A DNA stretch of 64,000 nucleotides from Raillietiella orientalis (Eukaryota): positions 3,844,001 through 3,908,000 of the forward strand of contig JAYWIR010000016.1 of NCBI GenBank assembly GCA_036172245.1, read 5' to 3'. Positions 37,539 through 48,600 of this stretch are shown one piece after another. Both the position numbers and the translations under genes were made by a program. Below the pieces are notes generated by a model. That model was not told the origin of the DNA. It worked only from the letters and a program-made list of their open reading frames with translations, and ran no database searches. Within the stretch, counting starts at the first letter, position 1, and each line of letters starts with the position of its first letter.

Positions 37539-40500
37539 GTAAAAATCAGTGCTAATCAAAGGCTCATTTAGACTGTACAATGACAAGTGGAGCACTAAAT
37601 ACTGCTATTGCTGTTTCCAAAAACTGAAACATCGTTACATGCAAACCATTCACTATTTGTTCAGCATATAATCAGGTCTGCACATATTTGCACATAACTC
37701 ATTTGAAGGTTCTTGTATTTCATTTGAAATCTAGATGAACCAAAAACATGAGTATGAAAAATAAACTGTAATAAGATCAAACTAAAATGAGGTTATCTGA
37801 ATGCTGTTCTTGCTAATATTACATATATAAAGGCAATTTGTTGGACACCAACAAAAATGGAAAATGCATTTTTCTTAAACCATGCAAAATGAATAAATGG
37901 GCCTCTTGGTTCATGAGTGCCTGGACTGGCTCATTGGATAAACTTAGCAGATGTAACAGAAAACCACATGTGAATTCTAAGCTTAAAAAAGAAAAAACTA
38001 AACACAAAAAACGATGAATATCAGGAAAAGCAAACTGAGAAGAAAAAATTCTCGTTTCCTTGATTCTTTGGAATCAAAGTACAATCAGAGCTTAAGAATT
38101 CAAACATAGCCAACCATCCTGAAAATGTAAGGACTATTGCACCCACATGTTCACTATATATATATGTACCTTCTGTTGAACATGAGTAATAAAATATAAA
38201 GGAGAATGCTATAAACAGGAAAACAACATTCTCTGTTTCTCTCTATTTTGTCTTCCTTACATTTTTCCTTTTTCTTTGTTGATCCTTGAAACCCAATAAT
38301 CTTTGGTCTAAACAATAGATTCCAAATGGTGTTTTCAAAAGCTATGCAATATTTGTTTGCCGCATTTTGATCGAAATGGCGGTAGTATATGGAAATTGGT
38401 AGTTTGAAAAATTAGAATTATAGAATGCAACCCTTACAAAAGAGTTCCTTATAAAAACAAATTTTCGAAGATCCCATGATTTACATTTCTGTTTTTGAAG
38501 AGCTTGCAGGAATAAAAGATTTCACTATTTACTTTTGCTTTTAATAAGCATTAGTTCTGGTAACTAAATAGTTTGTTTTTAGGCAAAACATCAAAGGAAA
38601 TTATCAGTAGGTAAAACTTTTACAAAATACATTCCCTGGAATCCACAAACCAATGTAACAACTCATATATCTTATATCTCTTGTCTGCCCAATGTATCCT
38701 GAAATTTCTTTTCAATAACTGTAGACATTCAAAAGCAGGTCGACGACGAAATGAAATCTGCCAAGACACAGCAATCATGCCAGTAAAACGTACCTACTTG
38801 GTATAAAAAATAAAACAGTAGGCAGTTAGGAAAGGTAATATCATGCATAAATTAATCAAACCGGAAGCTGGCATTTTCGAAACTCTTGATGGATATCACT
38901 GTCCGCAAAAGTCTTAACTTGAACGTGAATTTCTCATCAACGTTTACAGGAACACTGGTGGTATGCTGACGCATTCCCCAAAAGGAATTGTGAATGCTTT
39001 TGGGAAAGACATAAACTGAAATTTTACCGGGATTCCAAATAAAGAACAACATCGACATTATAATGAAATCTTAACTAATCCTCAGAAGAAATCAGGCGAG
39101 AGTTCAAAAAGAGCACCGATCACCAAGGGCCAAAGCCAACATTAGAAGGAATGGGCGGAAGGAAGCAGGGATGCACCACTCATATGGGAACTCCAAAACG
39201 AAGTCACCTGGCAACGGGAAAACCAAAAGGTGTACGTACATATCGATGCTCCGATTATTAGGAAAAAAATTCAGGTCAGAAAGATGAAATCCATAGTGGA
39301 AAACAAAATTAGCATACGACATTGGATTATTCTCCTAAACAGGGATTCCCAATCTCTTGGGCAATCACACCCTGTTTGTTGGAACGTTACCCTGTGACCT
39401 ACACTCTACTCATCGAGTTACTTCTATCCATCGAAAATTAGACTGATTCGGCATTTTTCTCTTACAGCCAAATCGTTTCGTATGGAACAAAGTTACAAAA
39501 CTAAAAGGAATGTGAAAAATGGTTTGACTCCAGTGACTCTGCTGACATCGACTCGTTGGCACGTGTGCTCAAATTCGAATTCTGCTCTACCCCAGATCAG
39601 CACTGAATCGCTGCTCTATCAGTCCCCACATTCAATCGAATTCAGTGATTACATTTTATACAAAGAAATGGAAGGAAGGCTGCTCCCATAGATACACTGC
39701 GGAGAGAAGCACTCCACATCTCAGTGCTTTGGATGCCAGCTCAGAGTGCAGTCAAAGTCAAATAGGTTTCAGAGAGTGGAACTTCTCTTTAGAGCTCTTT
39801 CGCTTTTTGTTCTTCCCCACAATCAAACCAAACTGATCGCTAATCTACTTGTTATCGGCATTCAAAAATAGGAAGCAATCTTAAGGTTTACTAAATCCAT
39901 GCAATTGCTTAATGAATTTTCTAAGTTCGCAGAGTCCATAAGCTTAGAAATCAAACTACGATGTAAACACACTTTGGTTTGAGTTCATCTAGGAGCAAAT
40001 AAAAACTTTTGCTATCTGTAAGGAAAGATGTAAATACATCTCCTTGAAGAGGTTCGGACTTAGTGTCTGATATCATGGCTTCCATTTTCTACAACGTCAA
40101 AAGTAGATCTTAGATGCATATGCTACCACAGTTATACGAGTAAGCCCAATGAAGCACTTGCTTCCTTGGATTCTGACCGCGATGAGACACCTGCATTTCA
40201 TCATGCAACTCGACTGTGCAAATGAGAGCTCTTTCTTTACACAATCCAATGCACTGGAAAACGCAATAGCAGTCCCTTCACGGCTATATTTTCACAAAGA
40301 GCTCAAACTTTATACACGCATAGAATCTGGCTTCTTAATATTTGATCATTCTCTGAAAAACTGAGTTCACATTTACTACTATGGGGAGAATAGTTTGTCA
40401 TTAGCCCTGTGTACTTCCCCCAAACAGCAAATCTCTATGTTTTTCGACAATCGGATTTCACTTGTGACGAGACACTACTTAAACTATAAAGTGTCTCCCT

Positions 40501-42370
40501 AAATGAGAATGTCTTTCAGGGAAACATACTTCCTACAATATTGTGGAATTCATGAGGTACTTTGTGCACGTCGGTCACCACCATTAGAAACACCTACCAA
40601 ATCATGTAACTGCGAGAAATCATGCTGACTTAGAAGCACCAGCTGTCTTTCAACGTTATTGGACTTGTCTTCTATTCTGCTTTCTTTAGAGCTTGCTGTT
40701 ACAGCAAATGAAACGAGTTTCTCAGCTACTGAACAGAGCTTTTTCTCTTTCCTCTATCAATACAATATAGATGAAGCAAATGCAGCTGTTTCGTCATCAC
40801 AGGTTTGTAATTTTCCATACGGATTTTCCGTCTTCATGTGCTTTTGGAAACTGACGTCATTCAAACCTGGATCCATGCACGAAAGAAATCCTCTCTTTTT
40901 AAGAAACTTCTAAGAGTTGCAGAGTCTCTTAAGAGCTTACTCATTCATTGGAAATGAGATTTTCCTATATCGATTTCGAGTCACGGCGATAATGCAAGAA
41001 AAAGAAATGCGTTCAAAAAGTGATCTCGAAAAACTTGCTGGAAAGCGCGATGGCCAGAACGAGGGAAAGGTTAGCCGCCGCAGAAACTTTCCCCCCCATT
41101 CAGTGAGGAAGACATAGGGGTCGCGTGCAAGTACTTTGATGAGCAATAGCAGTTGCATTATGGAAGAAGGGATTTCGAAAACAAAACAAACAGTTGGACG
41201 CTTAGGACTCTTTTTGCATCCGAAAGGGCCATGCGACTAACCAAGCTTCTGCATCCCATTTCTTCTGGATGACGAGACCGGCGGAGACCATGAGAAAAGG
41301 TGGCTTCTGCAATATTCATCACGGAACAAGAAACGACAGAAATGAAGAAGAGAAAAAGTGGGAGAGTGCAAATCGAAGCAATCGACGTGGAAACCGCCGA
41401 AGAGGGCATCGGAGTTAAGGGAGCCCTGCGGATGGCGATCGAGAACTCGCACGTTGCGGTAATTTGTGATTCTCCTCTCACACAGAAATGCCCATAGAGT
41501 TCCAGATAGTTCCCGGACAGTAAGCACTTGATAACTTCCAATCGGCATGAAGTTTCATCTGGTTAGGAAAAGAGCTGCTGTGTAATTTACATCTCGTTTT
41601 GGAACATTCTGTTGTACTGCCCCATGGATTCGTACGATAGTTCACTAACATCAGAAATTCCTCATCTCCAAAATTTCTTTTGAAAAAAAAAAAACTCTGA
41701 GCGCTTTCATCCAGTTTATCGCGATGCTTCGTTGCCATGGACACCATCTACCTGGTTGTTATCAAAACTATGTAATGGCGAGTTTCCAGAACTAAGATGA
41801 GAACTCTCTCAAACTCTCCGAAGTTCTGAGGAAAGTAAAGGTGTGAGATCTGGCATTCTCCTCTATCGGAGATGAAGGCCCGCAGATGTGAATCCCATTG
41901 CGTTCACAAATATGAACATGAGGATCCTATTTGAAATATTAGCGTGCATTTTGTGGAAGAAGGATTCCTTAGGAGTTTACAGGAACGGATCCAGGAAAAT
42001 CATGCTGTTAAACCCTAAAGCAATCATTCGTCCAAGGAATGCCTGTTGTTGCGTCGTTTTCACACATTTCCAGCTGGTCGTGAAGCTGACCTGATCAATT
42101 GCACTAAAGAATGAATGAGCTTTGCAAAGTCACCATTTTCCGGGTTGTCCTCCCTCTCCGTCCGTGAACTCGCCATTCTGGCATTTCAATAGCTCAAAGT
42201 ATGTTCAAAAAGAGGCTATCTGAAAGATAGAATTCGAATGGGCTGTGGTAGAATCTTTTCATCTTCCACCAGGGGAAGTGATTGGTACCACATTGAGTGT
42301 ATTCTGATTTTCATCAGCGGATCCAGCATCACGTGTATCTGCCTGTACAGCACGTGTGCCGTAGGCATTT

Positions 42371-42376
42371 TTTATT
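42371..42376 (-). terminator. Candidate polyadenylation signal AATAAA of the clip protease gene
   Basis: tttatt on the + strand, about 120 nt downstream of the stop codon. Confidence 0.45.
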
Positions 42377-42493
42377 TTGCCTATCCAATCTGATGTGCTA
42401 TGGAACCAGGATCGACGCCTTCCGGTGTTCTCTGGAACATGCAGAAAGCAGCTGAGTGGTGCTTTCCATTCCGTGGTTATTTCATCGGACAGT

Positions 42494-42673
42494 TCACTGC
42501 CGTGTCACTCTGAGGTCAGCGTTTCCATAAATAAAATCCAGGTACTCGGCCACTCTTGTGTATATTCCTGGTACTCCTGGATTTCCGCATCCAATTCCTG
42601 TTGATACGACGCCAACCACGATGTACGGAGAAGTGGAGCCTGCTCTGTATACCAACGGCCCTCCGCTGTCTCC
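42494..42673 (-). CDS. Terminal protease exon with catalytic Ser (GDSGGPLV...[10 protein letters not shown]...[14 protein letters not shown]...stop)
   Basis: Absent from the ORF track in this frame; acceptor ttttcactttag, then 60 codons ending in TGA at 42494-42496. Confidence 0.93.
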   Translation of the reverse strand, partial: GDSGGPLVYRAGSTSPYIVVGVVSTGIGCGNPGVPGIYTRVAEYLDFIYGNADLRVTRQ

Positions 42674-45600
42674 CTAAAGTGAAAAGAGCTCATTATCAGA
42701 TGCTTCGTATCAGTTGAGCCTCTGGGTTTGATCTCTATGCGTTGCGATGCTGGGGCGCCCCTCTGGGACTCTGAGAGAAGCATCGGAATGAAGAACTCGA
42801 CGACCCATCTCCCGTGAGCGGCTTTCCGCCTTTCCGTGTGCGCCCCCATCCACCGGATCGCCGTCGCGGCCGTCAAATGCCGCAAGACCTCTCCGTTCTT
42901 CAGCGCTCCTCAAGAGATCGTGGGCGGGCTCCGCGAGGCCGCGTTGGTTCATCCCCAGGTCATCCCGAGGACACGGCTGTGTCATTCGGCACCTCCACAC
43001 AGGAGCCACCAGACTCCCTCGGCGGCTCTCCTACGAACGTTCACCACGCCAAAAAACAGGGAAGTTCCTGTGCTTCCCCTACGAATTTCTCAGGAGTAGT
43101 GAATTTCCTTTCCGAAACGGCCAGGCATTTTCGAAAGTATGTCCACCACCGACCGTGCCACGTTCGATGGAGTCCCGGGGGACGCCATTTGATAGCCTTG
43201 GACGGCCTCAGAGAACGAGCCGCCACTTCGTCTTCATTCCCGGTGGCGCAGTGAGTTTTCCCCTTCCTCCGTTGAGTAGGGATTTCACCACCTACCACCG
43301 GGACACTTCACGCTCCAGTCAATGTCGGCACCTCTTCTTCGATCCCTAGCGAGTGGGCGAGGAGATTGCTGCAAGAGACTACAGATGAAGTTCCCGGAGG
43401 CTCAGAAGTGCTTGGAGGCTCCAAAGCTACAAATTCTTCAACAAAGAGATGGGGAAAAGATGACCCACTGGACGCTGCTCTTCCTCCATCATCTTATTCC
43501 TCCTCGAATCCTTCCACACCCATTCGTGGCTTCCATGGTCAACTTCCTTCCCCGTTTTTGAAGTTCCTGCTTGTGGGCTGATACACTGATCCACTTCACA
43601 AACTGATCTGCTTTGCGTCCGTGATCTGTGGATCCTGGATGCAAAAATTCCTCGTGAATTTGGAAAGCTTCCGCCTACAGATCGAAGCAGACAGACTGTC
43701 TCCATAGGATCGTCTCCCACATCCGGAGGCAGATCGAGCTTTCGTAACAATTTGGCGGAGCTGACCGGCTTCTTGAATCCGGCGAGGATCTGGCCTCAGC
43801 CGCCTTTCTTGCATTTTTCAGCCCGATGATTTTCGTCCAGCGAGGAGTTTCTCAAGCGTGAAGAAGAATCCTCGTTCCCGAGAATCTCTGGCTTTCAAGA
43901 AACTGGGAAGATGCTGACCGAGTCCCCTTCACCCGTGCGAGGAGCTTGCATCCACCTAGTCCTTCTCCTATGCCCTTCGGTCACAATTCTCAACCACTTT
44001 GACCTCGAGAAAGCGGGTTTCGCACCGTGACACGAGAGCATATGGTCACAGAGGCACTTTCAGCATCCTGGAAACCGTTGCAGCTCTGGGGAGGGAGTCG
44101 TTTCCTGGGCTTTATTCACAAGAACATCAAATGTAAGAAAGGGAAACTTCCAGAACGTTTCCATGGTGTCCGCTCTTGTGTAATGAGGCGTTTCTTCGGG
44201 CTTGCTCCCGGAAAGTTCCCGCCGAATCTTTTTTTTTTGGAATTTCCCACCTTCGGCGACTGGTCGCAGCTTCTGGGTTTCCATCGGGACCCACATGAAA
44301 GTCCCTACCTACATTAAAGTTTCTCTTTCCGGTTCCGAATCACCAACACAAAAACCCAAGGAGGGCAAGCTCCCCGTTCATCTTAGAAAGAAGCGCTCAA
44401 TTCCTGCTGCTACTAGAATCAGGAAGATGCTTCTTTCCGATTGCCTCGGCACGGGGCGCCCGAGTCACGCAAACCACGGCCAGTCTCCAGCCTGCTCTTC
44501 CTCTTTTGCGGATACTCGCTGCTCTTAGAAGGCGCAGCATCTCTGAGGCCTTCCAGTACCCTGGAGGAGAGTTCTGCGCCATCCGAACGCTGCGCTGCAG
44601 TCGTCACCTTAGCGGTCTCTCTTCGTTGCTACCAACTGCGCGCTCACTTCTTCGCCTCCCTCGCACGCCCTCCTGCATCCATGGACCGCTGCGGGCTGGA
44701 CTGGCTATAGTGGCAGACTATGGGTGAGCTTCCAATGGATCCCGAACGGCACCTCGTTTGATCTTCTCGCGCCTTCCCCCGTGGTCGAGGCGCTGGCTAG
44801 TTCCACTCCCAGTGGAGAGGTCCGAATGGGGAGCGGAAGAATGTGAAAAGGAAAAGAAGCAACCAGAAGATTTGCTGGACGAGGACCCCGCCGGCGGCGG
44901 GCCCGTCTCGGGTGTCCGGGAAGAGTAGACGCGCGCAAAGTGGACGGAGCGGCACGACGGCCCAATCCCTTGAACTGTATGGTTTCATCGGGTTTCCCTC
45001 GGTCTTCCGTCCTCGCCCGCTCCCAGCCCTTCCAAGCTTACCGGGATGAGCCTCCGCCTTGCACCTCCCCGTCAGGTGGCAAGCAGCATCATGTATCCAG
45101 TGGCTCGTGTGTTTTTCAGGAGGAGGAGGAAGCAGAAACGAGAAGTGGGAACATTTCCTTCCTTGATTGGCAGCTTCCGATGCCGCCGCGGCAACCGCCT
45201 CGTCTCCTCGCCGCCAGCTCCGTTTCCTTCTTCACGCTCCCGTTCCCCGTTCCGGATGCCGGAAATCCTTTCGGGTTCTTTTCTGTCTTCGCTGTCTTCC
45301 TTCTTTTTCTTTGGTTTCCTGAAAACCTCAAGAGCCGTCACCTCCCTGGAGGTGGAGCACGCAGCTCTTTGACTCTGTTCCACGCCACCCGAGTGTGTGT
45401 GTAATTCCTCAGGATAGGGGCCACCCTATGAATCCAGGAAGGCCTCCGGGAGAAGGGAGTTGCGTTCCTCTCACGCCTGGGGGGGGGGATCCCCGAAGGG
45501 AGATCACCTCCACCCTGGTTGTTTCCGAAGAAGAACTCCAAAGGGAATCTTCTCTTCCTTGTTCTCTCCGGAGAGACCTCCTAAGGGGGGGACCGCCGAG

Positions 45601-48600
45601 TTTTTTCTTCTCCAGAGGGACTCTCTGGAAAGGAACCGCTCCTGTTTGCTTCTCTGAAGAGAACACCGAAGGGACGCTTCCGAAATTTCTGAGAAGGATG
45701 CTCTCTGAAGGAAGCAGAGCGCTTCTGACACTCTGGAGAGGCGACCCCCCGGAAGAGACATCATCCAGTTGCATCTTCCCAACCAGAGGGGAGTCTCGGA
45801 TGGCTCCTTGATTTCTGGAAGGATACCGGAGGGTCGACTCTCAATCCCTGTCACTCATCGGCGGCGTCCGGTTTGAACCGCTACCGGTGCGGCACCCGAA
45901 ACCAACCGTGGCCAGCCAGCGGGAGGAACTCGAACCCACAACGCATCCCCCTCCCCCATTTCTCTGGCGTCAATGCCTTCCCGGGAATGATTCTAATCCG
46001 CAGCGCTTGGTGGTGCCATGCTTGGAGGCCTCAGCAGCCCCGAGGGCGGCTTCGATGCGGGCAGCCACTCCTGGCTTCGGCAGTTACAGCACCCACTGCC
46101 AACGCCAGAGCGGGACCTCATTCCTTCGCATCTTCCTCTCCTTCCCACAGATCGTCGGCAACGGCGACCTTAAACTACGTGACCCCACCTTCCCCGACGT
46201 GTTTCCAGGGTCTTGCGGAGAGCACCCACCAGATTCCCACGGAGCGAAGGACAGGAGAAGTCGGGGAGGTGGGGAGACAACGCGAGGCATCCGCCTTCGG
46301 TGCCTGGACCAACTTTCACCCTCAGCTCACTCCGCCCTATTTTCGGAGGCGGTGCAAACGCTGAGCCCCTCCCTGTCCCGATGAGGCTCCTTCAGAGACG
46401 AATGGGAGCCAGCCCTCCTGCAGCAGGAGGGGGGGACCGGCCGAACCAACGGCGGTCTCTATCCCGGAATCCTCCCGGCGTCGCACCTCCCCAGTTCCCC
46501 AAAGAAGGAAAAGGTCCCGCCCCCTCCACGCCTCCTGGCGGGAAGACGAAGATTTACCTGGCACGAATCCTTTCCGCCCTCGTTCGTCCCGGCGCAGATC
46601 ACTCCCTGCTGGAGCCCGTGAGCAAAGCTCTTCTGGAATCCTCCTTTCGACTTGTAGATGCCTTCGCAGAGCCGGTTCTCCACCAAGTCGATGGTGACTT
46701 CCTGCAGAGAGTTGCTAGGCCTGCCACCTGGCGGGAAATCAGACATCCTTCCGGTGGCTGAGTCTTTTCCGTGGGTTCGAAGGGCTCCTGCGCAAGGGGA
46801 CGCTCGCGCGCACCCTCCTCCCAACCTCCCCTCGCCCTCGCTCGAGTGCGCGCTCCCGGAGAAGTGGCTGCGAAAAATGATGTGGGTCCGAAGGTCCGTC
46901 GCCCACCGAGAGGAACGGGGAGGAGTCATCCTTTTTCTCCTCTGCTCCGGAACCGGCCGGGGTCCGGAAGTCCTCCTCAGACTCCGAGAGATGATTACCT
47001 CCGGAGGAATGCCCCCGCAATAGCTTGCGGTCGGAAGGTGACCGTGCCGATCCACCTGCCAGGATCGTCTTCGAGCTTTCGAGGGCGGTCCCGTCCGGCG
47101 GGGCCTGCACAAAGGGCATCCTCTCCCCGGGTCGAAGTGAAGGCGCCATACCCGGGGGCCGGAGAAGCTCGTCCCCTCTTCGCTGACGCTGAGGGAGGAG
47201 GACCATCGGACGGGAAGCGTGGCGTCCGTTGCGCTCGAGCCCGGGGTGGAAGCGGCGGACTGAGAAGCTCGCGGAAGGAACGGGACGGAAGGAAAAAGAT
47301 CCCGGAGCCGCTGCCTCAGGCGAGGACACGGCAGCTTCCCGCTTACCGTATCTCGTGCGTCCCCATCCAGCCACGGTCACCAGAGCGTCGCTCGGGACGT
47401 GGTAGTTCGGGGGAGGTAGGCAGACGGGGGAGACGGTCCTCGTGAACCTCACCCTCTGGACCAGCTTGAGAAGAGCGATATCGTGGTACTTCGCAGGCGG
47501 CGCGTATCCCGGATGCGGGATGGTGCGCTCGATTCTGATCTGGAGAACCCTGACCTGGTCAACAACATCCCTGATGATGTTGTGGTGTCCGATTCGGACG
47601 TGTGTGAGAGTCCTGGGGCAGCGGAGGAGAATGCGGGGGAGAGGGGAGAGAGGAAGTGCCACTTCTTACCTCTCCGTGCAGTGAGCCGCGGTGAGGACGA
47701 AGTTCTCGCTGATAAGGGAGCCCCCGCAGATGAAGTCCACGTCCCCGAGGCTGTCCTGTGTGCCGACGGAGGCCTGAAAGAGGGCAGAATGCCATCGGGA
47801 AGCGGCCTCCGCTGGGGAGGGCGGGGTGGCAGGGAGGGAGCAGCCGAGTACCCTCCCTCCGGCGGCGGTGGCGGGTCCGCCTCGGACGTCCGGGAAGAGG
47901 AGATGCATGCAAAAGTGGACGGAGGCAGGGAGGTGGCTCGATGGGATGATCGCCCTGGGTTTCTCTCGAGCTTCTCCCCCTGCCCCCGCTCAATCCTTCG
48001 AAAGCCACCGGGATCTGGTTCGCTTCCCGTCGTGCCTGCTGCAGCTGTTCCTTCCTGCCTCTTCCGCTGAGCCTCCACCTTCCTGCACGTAGGGAGATCC
48101 GAAGCTTTCGAAAAGCGGTGGTCCCACTCCCTGGTGTTCCCGATCTTCCTCCGGAGTATAAAAAGGTTCTGCGTAGCAGCGAAGACCGTATCCTGACGCG
48201 AAAATTCCCCGACTCTCTCTTCCTGCTCGAAAGGTCGATCTGCCCCATTCGCGTGCCGCGTGGGGTGAAGACCCCGAAGCTCTACTTTCCCCTCCTCCTT
48301 CTTCGCATCTCAGCATTCCCTCTAGTCCTCCCTCGTCCTCTCCACCCTTTTGTCCTACCGACTCCCTAGGATCGCTCGAGGAGTCGCGGGAGTGCGATCC
48401 CTAGAAAACTGAGAGGACGCTCCCTACGCTGGGAATGGGGGGAGAGCAACACGGGGACCGGCTTGGCGGCCCCCCAGAGGAACACTCGCGACCTGCATGT
48501 AGGTTGTCCTCGGACAGTGTCCTTCCTCTATCCTCCATCCCGTCGCTCGCCCGAGAGCTTTCTTCGTTGTTCTCGACTTCCCGGGTGCGGAAAATTGCCG

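Noticed and set aside
46200..46260. ESGG as the catalytic Ser exon of the protease
   Set aside because: The true GDSGGP exon with a full C-terminus is at 42494-42673
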